A stretch of DNA of 64,000 nucleotides, from the NCBI RefSeq assembly GCF_009914755.1, contig NC_060937.1; one strand, 5' to 3'. Both the position numbers and the translations under genes were made by a program. Source of the DNA: the human T2T-CHM13v2.0 reference genome, Homo sapiens. The notes under the pieces were generated by a model. It had not been told where the DNA came from. It did not search any database and was given only the letters and a program-made list of their open reading frames with translations. Of the stretch, positions 26,250-37,602 are shown piece after piece (the stretch's first letter is position 1; the number at the start of each line of letters is the position of its first letter).

Positions 26250-26609
26250 GCATCATAGTCAGCTCATGCTGGCGTAGCAAATACCATACACTAGTTGGTT
26301 CAACAATAGCAAGTTATTTTCTTACCGTTTCTGGAGGGAGGAAAGTCTAGATTAAGGGGCCAACGGATTCAATTTCTGGTTAGGTCTCCTTTCCTATATT
26401 GCAGATGGCCTCCTTCTCACTGTGTTCTTACAGATGCAGACAGAGCTAGGGAGCTCTCTGGTATACCTTATTGGAAAGCCACTTGTCCTATCAGGGATCC
26501 ACCCTTATGATCTCATTTAACAAAAATTACTTCCTTACTCCAAATATAGTCACATTAGGGGTTAGGGTGTCAACATGAATTATGAGGGGACACAATTGAG
26601 TTCATAGCA
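26250..26609 (-). mobile_element. MLT1A-like solo LTR
   Basis: Ends ggggacacaattgagttcatagca; contains ttgcagatggcctccttctcactgtgttct. Confidence 0.85.
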
Positions 26610-27179
26610 TTAAGGTTTTATAACAATTAAAGAGAACCTATTTTTAAATCTCCAAATCTCACACAGAACACTATCTATTTTGGAAGGTTTTCCCTATCAA
26701 ATACTAACTAATATATTTAGAAAATGAGATAACCAGGTTAGTCACGCTGAGTTGATGTTACTTCAGTCAGTTGAGAAGTAACTTGGAGTGGCAGGTGGTC
26801 TGTATAGCTTTAGGGGAATAATTTTCTTAGTCTTCTTAAGATAGTAAAAATAGTATAGTAGAATTCACTCAGGAAACTGAGTTGTGAATTATTGCATGTA
26901 TTTATATGTCCTATCCCTGGTGAGATTTTAATATCTTTTAATCTTCAGAGCACTATCCAGTTCATGTGAAATACACAATAAGTTACTGGTTGATTTTATA
27001 TTAGATTAAAATAAACTTTAAAAAACTGTATTACTAAATATTTCAGACACATACAAATGGAGGAAATAATGAATAATATGATCTCTCATATACTACTCAT
27101 GATTTGACTTCAATAATCATCACCACACAGAATATTTCATCTATACTTCCCTCTACTGTTTTTACCTCTATTTATTAAA

Positions 27180-27486
27180 TTTTATTTATTTATTTTTATT
27201 TTTGGAGACAGGATCTCACTCTGGTGCCCAGACTAAAGTGCAGTGGCACAATCATGGCTCACTGCAGCCTCAACTTCCTGGGCTCAGGTAATCCTCCCAC
27301 CTCAGCCTCCTGAGTAGCTGGGACTACAGGCACGTGCCACCACACCCAGCTAATTTTTGTATTTTTTGTAGAGACGGGGTCTCACCATGTTGCCCAGGCT
27401 GGTTTTGAACTCCTGGGCTCAAATGATCTGCCTGACTTGGACTCCCAAAGTGCTGGGACTACAGGCATGAGCCACTGGAGCCCAGC
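27180..27486 (-). mobile_element. AluJ
   Basis: (TTTA)n tail, gcacaatcatggctcactgcagcctcaacttcctgggctca, J-type positions. Confidence 0.95.
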
Positions 27487-27756
27487 AAAATTATTATTAT
27501 TATTTTTAGAGTACCAGAAAGCATATAACTTCATGCATAAATATTGCAGTATATAATTTTAAGAATTTGGACTCTTGTAAAAAACATTTCCAGTATTCCA
27601 TAGTCATATCTAAAATAATTAACACAAATCCCATAATGTCATCAAATGTTCTGTCAATATTCTCATAACTTCTTTCTAAAGTTTCAACTAGTGTCTAAAT
27701 AAGTAATGTCCATACATTGCAACTAGTTGATAAGTCTCTTTTAATACAAAATTTCT

Positions 27757-28016
27757 GGCCAGGCGCGGTGGCTCACGCCTGTAATCCCAGCACATTGGGA
27801 AGCTGAGGCGAGTGGATCACTTGAGGTCAGGAGTTTGAGACCAGCCTGGCCAACATGGTGGAACCCCATCTCTACTAAAAATACAAAAATTAGCTGGGTG
27901 TGGTGGCGCACGCCTGTAGTCCCAGCTACTCATCGCTTGAACCCAGGAGGTGGTTACCGTGAGCCAAGATCGCACCACTACACTCCAGCCTGGGAGATAG
28001 AGTGAGACTCTGTCTC
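27757..28016 (+). mobile_element. AluS with an internal deletion and no poly(A) tail
   Basis: ggccaggcgcggtggctcacgcc...gagactctgtctc followed directly by ttttt. Confidence 0.95.
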
Positions 28017-28829
28017 TTTTTCATCCCTTTTTTTTTTATTTCTCGTGATATATTTGTTGAAGAAACTGGGACTTTTGTTCTGTAGAGTGTCTCATATTCT
28101 GCATTTTGCTGAGTTTGTCCTTTTTATCATTTAACATGTACCTCTATCCCTTACATGTCTTAATATTGGTGGGTAGTGCTAAAGATTTGGGGAGAATCAG
28201 ATTTGATTTTTGGCAAGAGTGTTTTAGAAGTTTCGTCTTTTTATTAGGAAGCAGTTAACATTTGGTTGTCTTTGTTTTTCAAAGAAGGAAACATTAATGA
28301 TCAAAATATCATTAGGGCCTGATTGCAATAATTTTGAAAATCAAAGGTCTAAGGTTATCTGAGTCTGCACAATGGTTGAGAAGAATCAAGATAAGCATGG
28401 ACGTGGAGAAAGAACTGTGTTTTAAAAAGCTCTTTTGAATTTGCTCTTCTCCTCTGCCCCAGACTATTCTGTCTTCTTGGCTGAAGACTGAAAATGTGGA
28501 TATTAAAAGGCAGTTTCTGGTAAGCAGTAGAGAGTTGAATGTCTAGGTTCATGATGCCAGTGCTTGTGATTGCTTGTCTCTCTGCTTTCAAAGATGTCAT
28601 GGAAGAATAAATGCTTTCCCCCTCTCTTTGGAAAATTTATTAGGAATTCCTTTTTCAAAACATTCTTTCTGGTTCTTCTGAGATTACATATCTCAGAGTT
28701 CCCTGACTATACTCAGAAAATACATTGGAAAGGTATCTTCTTGCCACTGACTTAAGGTCATTTAATCATTTTCCCATTCATTCAAAGGGCAAAAGAAAAC
28801 TCCTCACTCTCTATATCCAAAACATGAGT

Positions 28830-29240
28830 GAGAGGTTGCTCAGCACAGTGGAATGTACATGAATTTTAGAATCAAACAGAATAGAGTTTAAATCCGCTCT
28901 TAGTCACTAATGAGCTGTGTTGCTTTGGGCAGGTCACTTATCTTATTATACCTTATGTATTCCAACTAAGAATACAGAATATTCTGGGGTTGGGGGAAAT
29001 AACAAATTAAAAGGTGATTAAAACACAGTTCTTTTTCCATTTCCACTCCTATTCTGATTTTTCTTTTGCCTTAGTTTCCTGTCCTATGAAATGGAGATCA
29101 TAACACCTGCCTCACAAGTCTCCTTAATATCTACTTAGCATCTACTTAATATCTACTTAGCATCCTGCCTACATGAGGCATGTAAGATTGTTCTTATCAC
29201 ACATTAGATAATAGTAAATGGAAGTATTATCATTATTAAC
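28830..29240. mobile_element. Two MIR fragments
   Basis: agctgtgttgctttgggcaggtcactta; gccttagtttcctgtcctatgaaatggagatcataaca. Confidence 0.65.
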
Positions 29241-30424
29241 ATACTTATTATTTATTCAGTGAATAGTAGTTTCCTACCTTTCTTCACCTCCTTAACTCCC
29301 CATATATTCTATTATTATCTATTAATATAGTAAAAATGGACTGTAGGTTATTTTTAAATGAATGTTTGGTTAAGACTATTAAGAGAGTGTTGAACATGAG
29401 AAAGACACCACAAAGTAATAGTAACTGAGAGCACTCACAATATTTCAGAGTAGAAAGAATAGATGTTTTTAAAGTCAGGGATACTGAACTATTTCTGTTT
29501 TATTAATGTATTTTTAAAAGGGTAGCCTACGCTAAATGATTTATGATAGCACTTTATAGTATTTTAGTAAGTGCCCTGTAGTATATTTTGTAAATACAGT
29601 GACATTTTAGTGATAAGAGTTCTCATTACAAGTCTCTGTTATTAAATCATTCCTCCAAAGACAGGTTAAACTGCTAGGTTTGGGGTAAGAATTATAGGGT
29701 TTATAGATTCATGAAGTGAAAATCAGTATGCTTGAGCTGTATAATGTATATTCACTGTGAAGGTGCGACATAGTAGAACAAGAAATGATTACAATACTAA
29801 GAATGCAAAAAACCGAACAAGAGGATTTGTGTGTGAGTGTGTTTGTGTATGCGTAAGCCCTCCTAGAGTGACTTACTGTCACTTTTGTTTAAGTGAGACA
29901 AATATGTCGTTACCGGCATTATCATTTTTATTTGACTTAATAAAAAAAATTGTGTCCATCTTGGTAGTATTTTTATTAAGACTTTAACTCAGGTTGAGAT
30001 TAGGATACCCTGCTGGCCTGGACGACTGAAGGCCCAGTGCTGGACTTGAGCAGGAATTCTGGCAGAAATAAAATCAATCAAGGACACATTTTGATGAAAT
30101 ATTACTGATTCTAACCCAGCAACGGACACATTGTCATTTGTTAGAGAATTTAGACCAAAGAAACCCATAGAATGACAATATGGCAATCTGGTTCAACTTG
30201 CTGTGTCTCTGTTCATTGTAAGTCAGAATCGTACCCTTAAAGAGGGGTCTATTGTACTTCTCAGGAGAGTCATTGGGTTGGTTCCATTAAACAAGTACTT
30301 GTTCATGAAATAAAGTTATAAGCATGGAGATCTTTTATAACTAGATAAGTATTGATTATTGCGTTTTTTACTCAGAACAACTAAAGAAGTCCTCATTTCA
30401 CACCATTCTCATCCTATATAACCT

Positions 30425-30781
30425 TGCTGCAATGAATGAAATGTTTGTGTTCCCCTCCAAATTCATATGTTGAAATCCTAACCCCTAACAGGATGGTATT
30501 AGGAAGTGGAGCCTTTGGGAGATGATAAATCCCTCATTAATGGGATTAATGCTCTTATAAAAGGGATCCCAGAGAGCGCTCTTGCCGTCTTTTTTCCATG
30601 TGAGGATACCACAGGAAGTCAACACTCTGGACCTTGAAAGAGGAGCTCTCGTCAAACTCAACCATGATGGCACCCTGATTGATCTTGGACATCCAGCATC
30701 AAGAACTGTGAGAAGTAAATTTCTGTTGCTTGTAAGCCACCTAGTCTATGGTACTTTGTTAGAGCAGCCCAAACTGAGACA
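30425..30781 (+). mobile_element. MLT1A-like solo LTR
   Basis: ccaaattcatatgttgaaatcctaacccc...aagccacctagtctatggtactttgttagagcagcccaaactgagaca. Confidence 0.85.
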
Positions 30782-30894
30782 CATGCTTACAGATTTGGGG
30801 CTATCGAACACCAAAACTAGATTTAAAGCAAGGTAAAAGAACTTAGGACAGATGATCTCTTAGCAAAGACAAGTTATTATTGGAACAGAATATA

Positions 30895-31075
30895 TCATGT
30901 AAAGCCTCAAACTTTAGCTTGCATCAGAATGATGTGGAAAGCTTGTTAAAACACCAATTCCTGGGCTTTCAACCCCAGCGTTTGTGATTCCATAGGTCTG
31001 GGGTGGGTACCAAGACAGCTTTCCTAAGCAGTTCCCAGTTGATACAGCTGCTGCTGGTCTGGCCACCACTCCTGG
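30895..31075. mobile_element. MER5A
   Basis: ctcaaactttagcttgcatcagaat...cttgttaaaacac...taggtctggggtggg. Confidence 0.75.
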
Positions 31076-31179
31076 GCTCCTCTGGTGTGTATGCTGCAGA
31101 TGTCAGTAAGGTAATTTTCCATTTGCTAGAAGCAAGGAGAGTGTAAGAATCTGCCTGAAGAGTCTCAGAGAGTTGGGTT

Positions 31180-32145
31180 TCATTTATTCAACAAATACTG
31201 GGTGCCCATACAATACTGCTAGGTCCTAAAATGGTAAATAAGACTCTTAGATCACCATTGCCTTCAAGGTGCCTAATAGCTAAACATGAAATTCTGATCA
31301 ACTGTGTGATTGTTGTGAGCATGCTATGAAACAAAATAGAGGGTCAAAGCCCAGATGTGTAGGGTGGTCAGGAAAGTGTTCTCAGAGGACATGACATGTC
31401 CACTTAATTTCCTGACTTCCCCACGAAACAACAAACAAACCCATAACTTTTGGGCTGGTGTCCTTTCCCTCTGAATTAGTATGAGAGCTTTCTTAGAATA
31501 TTCTACCTGCTGCCTCTCTCGGTTCCTCACCAAAACCCCACAACATCATGCTATTCTCTTATAAAAATGCAAATATGATCACATCACTCTTATGCCTAAA
31601 ACATCTCTACTTTCAGCATAAATGCCAAACTTCCCTTTCACGGTCTTTTCCAGTCTGCACTTTTAACCTCTCCACGTGTACTGTCTATCTGAACACCTTA
31701 TTCTCCAGTTTCGTGACACTTCTTGCTCATCTCGGAAATGACATTTTCTCTTTCATTTAGGATATTTAGGATTCATTTGCTCTTTTCTTCAGGGCATTTC
31801 TCATACTCTTTACTCTATTTGGATATTTTTGTCCTGGGATTGACTACCTCCATCTTACCTATTGCAGCTCAGTGTTTTGGTCCTCTGGGAAACCTTCCAG
31901 ATCCTTTCTGGCAGATAAGCACTTTTCTCTCTTCATTACAACATTTGGTGGATATATATTTGTTAGATATGATGGGCTATTTGTTGATTTATCTATCTAT
32001 TTATCTATTTATCTATTCCAGACTAGACTTGGATTCCTGGATGACCAAGGCTGTGAATCATTCATTTTATCACCAGGATACTTAGCTCAAAGATAGGTAC
32101 ATAGGAGGCGGTCAATTAATTGATTACTGAATGCATAAATGAAAA
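31180..32145. mobile_element. Two L2 3'-end fragments in opposite orientation
   Basis: tcatttattcaacaaatact at 31180 (minus); ggtacataggaggcggtcaattaattgattactgaatgcataaatgaa at ~32140 (plus). Confidence 0.55.
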
Positions 32146-32225
32146 AAGGGGAATAAAATTAAACAGAAGATAGTAAATAAAACCCTAGTCTGTAGATTTT
32201 CATTTTCTATTTTTTAACCTGGTAG

Positions 32226-32580
32226 ATTTTATTTTATTTTATTTTATTTTATTTTATTTTATTTTATTTATTTTATTTGTAGAGGCAGGGTCTTGCTCTG
32301 TTGCCCAGGCTGGAGTGCAGTGGTGCAATCATAGCTCACTGCATCCTCAAACTCCTAGGCTCAAGCAGTCCTTCTGCCTTAGCCTCCTGAATAGCTGAGA
32401 CTACAGGTGCAAGCCCCCATACCTGGCTTTCTTTCTTTTGTGTGTCTGTGTGTGTGTGTAGATAGAGATGGTGTCTCACTATGTCGCCTGGGCTGGTCTT
32501 GAACTTCTGGCCTCAAGTGGTCCTCCTGCCTTGGTCTCCCAAAGTGCTGGGAATACAGGCATGAGTTACCATTCTCAGGC
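32226..32580 (-). mobile_element. AluJ with a (TTTTA)n tail and (TG)n linker
   Basis: gtgcaatcatagctcactgcatcctcaaactcctaggctcaagc; about ten ATTTT units. Confidence 0.95.
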
Positions 32581-33281
32581 TTCAACAGCAATTTTAAATA
32601 TTTGGGTGAGATAAACTGACAGACATGGCCTGAGTATAGAGTTCATTATTTGTCCTCTAACCTGTGACTGATGTGGGGTGGAGTTAAGTTGTGAGATACA
32701 TAAAGTGTTTTATTCTCTTTCTTTATTTAGACCATTTTATTGAAGTATGATTGGCACGTGAAAAACTATATATATTTAATGTATATAATCCAATTAGTTT
32801 GGGGATAAGTATACATGGTCACCTCTATCAAGACCATGACTATCTTCATCACTTCCAAAAGTTTCCTCCCAGCCCCTTTATTATATTATTTATTCTTTTT
32901 AAATATTTTCTCTTATCAACTGTAGGTAGGCAAGTTAACTACCAAGGGCAAGGAGAGGCATGAGTAAAAATATTAGGTTCATGCCTCTCGTTTATCTTTT
33001 TTCAAACCCCCCAAATCTCACTGATATTAGTGCAAAGATATTAATTCACAGGAATAAAATAACCTAGAAAGAAGAGAAAATATAGCAGATGAGAGATTTA
33101 TTAAAATTCAAGGAGATGAGAAGCAGAAAGAAAACATACAATTTAGGAAGGTAGAAGAGTTTCAACCTAATTGTCTACGGGGGTGGTCATAGCGGGGATG
33201 TTATCTATTACTCCATGGAGTTTTGAGAGCTTTAATGATTGGAGGCATCCCAGACACAGAGAATGAAGGTTAACCATAGAA

Positions 33282-34644
33282 TAGTGTTTCCATGTGGGGA
33301 TTCTTTTCTGGCATTTTTGGAAAATTTGTGTGTTTTTCTGAATTCAGAGAGAAATCAGTTGAGAAAACAGGAAAACAAATTACAATTCCTCCGCTAGAAT
33401 TAAAGCTTAATCACCATAGCAATGTTTCTAGTTTGAAAGAATAGACTGATGTCAAGTTGAAAGCAAGAGCAGGAATCACTGGTACGCAGAATGGAAGCGT
33501 AAGATGGACATTTCCAGGACCAGAAAAGGAGCAGGTAGATGAGCAGCAATCACCGTCTCGTCAGTGGTTGTTGCCATCTTTTAGGTGTCTGTGGTCCTGT
33601 CTGCTGCTAAGGATGAATCATTCTTGCAAATAAAATGAATATTAATACATTTATATACATAGTATACTTTATACAAATCCTTTGAATGTTGTTCTAAGAA
33701 ATAAGTCTGGAAGCAAAATAAGTTCTTAAGTTGACAATTTTGACACGTGATTCTGCATAGTATTGTTAACTGTGTTGGAATATCAGAATGTTATATTATT
33801 GTGATATGACCCAATAATGTTAGCTGGCGTTTTCTAGTGTTTAAAATACTTCATAGGCTACAATTGTTTGTAAATAACTTAACAGAAGAAATGCAAGGAG
33901 AAAAATATATGAAATTGTTGTGGAATATTCTGACATAGAATTAGTAACCAATGTAAAATTTGAATCAGCAAAAGCAACATAAATTCAATGGCAAAACCAA
34001 ACTTAGAGAAGGCAGATGAAATACTTTCATCATTAAAAAATGAGATAAACTTTTATGAAGTAACATATACTCTGATATGCAACTTGAAGATCTTTGGACT
34101 TTATCAAGCCATCAGTGCAAAATGAAAGCAATTTTTCCAAAAAAATGGGATGTTTGTTATAAAAATCAAGACTATTAGGTAGGGCTATTAAAACTTTGTG
34201 TGCTTTAAAATTTTACATTAAGAAAAGTACTTTAAAATATTTTACATATTTTTGATATTATCTTTCAATGCTTTGAATGATTTTTATTTAGTATTTATTT
34301 TGTTTCTTTTGGTGTTTTCTATTATCAAATGATTATGTTGGATAGAGATGATTTTTATAGATTATTAAAATAAATATCTTGTCATAATAATATTGATTCA
34401 TAATAATCATAAGTCATGCATTTAATACTCTTTTTTAAATTTTGTCAAAAATTCCTGCAAGTTCAGTTTGGTCCTATCACAGAAAAGTGGTTTACTGCTT
34501 ATTATTAGGTCACTTACTATTACTTAAAAACATGCAAATAAAGCTTTATGAAAAATACAGATTAACTTATGATTTGGAAAGTGTCTAAAAATTCCTGAGA
34601 ATTCTGATTCTTCAGCATCTAATCTTGAGAATTTGGAAGCACAA
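33282..34644 (+). mobile_element. Ancient hAT (Ac-like, OldhAT1-like) DNA transposon fossil with a transposase C-terminal remnant
   Basis: Imperfect TIRs TAGTGTTTCCA / TGGAAGCACAA; 34100-34216 translates with frameshifts to IKPSVQNESNFS..MG/MFVIKIK/AIKTLCALKFY, resembling the hAT dimerisation motif. Confidence 0.6.
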
Positions 34645-34649
34645 GAATG

Positions 34650-36185
34650 CAGTTGAACACAATAGAACTGGTGTAAGATCTATACAGGGCAGGCTCCTGA
34701 CACATCTCACATCTCACCTGACACATCTCACACTGTCAAGACTAGCCCTCCTCTCCCTTACTCTCCAACATCCAAACTTTCACCCCAACCAGGGGATACT
34801 GAGAGTGAAGCTTTTGGAGAAATGTCTTCAAACTCAGCGAAACTGCACTGAGATCCAGGTTGAGAAAAGGGCAGAGTAAGTAAAAATCAAGATACTCTAC
34901 TCTGGGACCTTCCTCACCATTCCTCCATTTAAAACCTAAAATGTTACTAGCAAAACAGAAACTATCATTATCTTGCTTGTTCTCTCCCCACCCTGTCAAA
35001 TTCAAGAGCATGGAGAAATTGATTGCCACAGCTTAAGAAATCAGTACATTTCCATAACATAAACATCTGCTGGTCCTTCATTCCTCATCCTTGTCATTTC
35101 ACACCAATCAGGATTTTAGTGACTCATTTTTAAGTAAGAATGAATAGCCAGGTTAAAGAATTCCCAAGAATTTAATTCTTTAAGAATTAAAGAATTCCCA
35201 AGAAAAAGAAATTAGAAAATCAGATATAAAACAGAATTCAGTAAAAGATTTAGCTAATGATATCAAAATCTCAGGATGAAACAAATGTTTAACAGAGAAT
35301 TTGGCAAAAATATATTAAAAATTAAAGATTAATCAGGAAGGCCCACTACTTAAATAATAGGTGTTATAGCCCTAGAAATCCAGAAAAAACAAAGAAGTAC
35401 AGATATTATCTAAGAAATGGCTCATAATTTTCAGAAATGAAGACTATATTTTCCTCATTGGAAAGATTCAATGAATGCCCTGCGTCAATAAACATATGCC
35501 TACCCTAAAGCATACATTTCAGAATACCAGGAATAAAAAGGTGATGCTAAAAGAATCAGGCAAGTATTTAATAAGTCATGTGCAAGAATTTGAATGACTG
35601 GCTTCAGACTTTTCAACAGCAACACTGAAAATTAGAAGTCGGTGGAGTATTGCCTTTAAAAGGCCTTTCTGTATGAAAATATTTTCAACCTCAAATTCTA
35701 TATCCAGCAAAAATATGAATCTACTGTGAAGGTCCGAACACTGGGGAAGATCATCTGCTTTTTCTTAGAAAAGTATTGGAGAATGTTTTTCAAAATAACA
35801 AGGACCAATTCAAGAAAGAACACTGGAGATCCAAGAAACAAAAGACCATCAAACTCAGCAGAAATGTGAAGGGAAGTGCCAGCGCTAGTGATCAACAATA
35901 CATATCTGAATCAGATGACAGGACATAGCTGGAAGAACGTTTCCAAAAACAGAGAAAGAGGAACTAATAGTTTATTTTATAATTTGCTCACATGGAATAA
36001 TATTCACAATTGTTGGAGAATTTTGTTGAGTATCTAGAAAAAAATAGTGAAAAGTTTATAGAAAACTAAAGAAAAAAGGGAAGAATAGAAAAATAAATTA
36101 TCATAGTATATTGGTTGATTCAGCTTTAAAAAATATTTGTTGTCCTAATAGTTGATTAGTTATTTAAATTTTGTGATAAAGCGAT
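34650..36185 (+). mobile_element. Old L1M 5'/ORF1 remnant
   Basis: ggcttcagacttttcaacagcaacactgaaaattagaag...ttttcaacctcaaattctatatccagcaaaa (ORF1 C-terminal-like). Confidence 0.65.
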
Positions 36186-36189
36186 ACTG

Positions 36190-36475
36190 GAGTGGCTCAT
36201 GTGGCAAAGAAATGATCAGCAGCTAATAAAGACTGGAGACCTGCCAGCAGCCACTCAAATGAGTTTAGAAGCAGATCCTTCCCCACTTCAGCCTTCAGGT
36301 GGTACAGCCCTGTCCGGTATCTTGATCGTAGCCTTATGAAACACCCTGATTGTGAGATATCTAGATAAACTCCTCCTGGATTCCTGACGCGCAGACACTG
36401 AAATAATCAGTGTTTGTTGTTTCAATCTGCTAAATTTTAGAGTAATTTGTTATGCAGTAATAGATAATCAATACA
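36190..36475 (+). mobile_element. MLT1 (D-F-like) LTR 3' part
   Basis: gaagcagatccttcccc...ctgctaaattttagagtaatttgttatgcagtaatagataatcaataca. Confidence 0.8.
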
Positions 36476-37168
36476 ACATTTCCTTCCTAGATATGCAATC
36501 TTCAGCTATATAAACATTATTTTGTTTGATGTAGAACCATGGAGTTGGTTTTCATTTGTTTATTTTTAGAATTTGTGAGAAGATGCTTTGGTTCCTTCAC
36601 TTAGTGGCTCAGAAAACATAGTTGAAGAATTAGAATCAGACAGACGATGGGAGAGATGTTGCTAATGATATTTTTCTTTGTCTAAACATCTTAAGGGGAA
36701 TGCTATCAAAACTGGGAGGCAGTAGTAATAACCTGCTAAAGTTATCCACCAGCCCAATGATCTCAATATGAATAGCACCCATAGCCTAGACATACAATTC
36801 TATGTATCACAGAAATGCATCTTCCAGCTCACAGAGGATTCATTGAAATGAACACCTGACTCTTGCTGAGTCAATCTGATCCTCTTCCTAGAAATTTAGA
36901 ACTGGCCTACATTGAAGAAGTTATTTAAAGGTAGTGATCTAAAAGAAATATTCTGTAGACTTAAGGTTTAACACGCAGCCATCATGGGACATGTATATAC
37001 GGACAAATAAGAAGACAGTTTACGGAATAATAAACCAGAAGCCAATACATAGAAAGAGCCATTGTCAAACAAACCCAGAGCTGCATACCCACACAGACCC
37101 AGATACATGATTCTTTTAGTTAAGTTTCTCTTAAATGGATTCTGTGAGCATTTTCTCTTAGTTTTGGT

Positions 37169-37235
37169 GCCCCTCCCCTCCCCCCTCCTCCCCTCTCCTC
37201 CGCTCTCCTCCCCTCCCTTCCCCTCCCCTTCCCTT
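37169..37235. repeat. (CCCCT/CTCCT)n pyrimidine-rich simple repeat
   Basis: Read directly. Confidence 0.9.
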
Positions 37236-37261
37236 CTTTTTTCTTTTTCTATCACTTATAG

Positions 37262-37602
37262 CAGTGGTCCCCAACCATTTTGGCACCAGGGACGGGTTTT
37301 GTGGAAGACCTTTTTTTCCACGGACTGGGGGTGGGGGGTTGGTTTCAGGATGAAACTCTTCCATCTCAAATTATCAGGTATTAGTTGGATTATCATAAGG
37401 AGTGGGCACCCTAGATTCCTTCCATCTGCAGTTCACAATAGGGTTTGTGCTCCTATGAGAATCTAATGCCTCCACTGATCTGACAGGAGGCGGAGCTCAG
37501 GAGGTCATACTCCTTGCCGCTTACCTCCTGCTGTGTGGCCCGGTTCCTAACAGGCCACGGGCCGCTACCAGTCTGCAGTACCAGGGGCCGAGGACCATTT
37601 TG
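37262..37602 (+). mobile_element. MER1B hAT-Charlie element
   Basis: cagtggtccccaaccattttggcaccagggac...ctgatctgacaggaggcggagctcagg; ttatag on both flanks. Confidence 0.92.

Noticed and set aside
29123-29164. 22-bp-period duplication (cttaatatctacttagcatc twice)
   Set aside because: Two-copy slippage inside a MIR with no spacers; not a CRISPR-like or functional array.
29982-30223. Possible exon bounded by ctcAG|g and catt|GTAAGT
   Set aside because: Weak polypyrimidine tract and no recognisable coding content; unsupported without transcript data.
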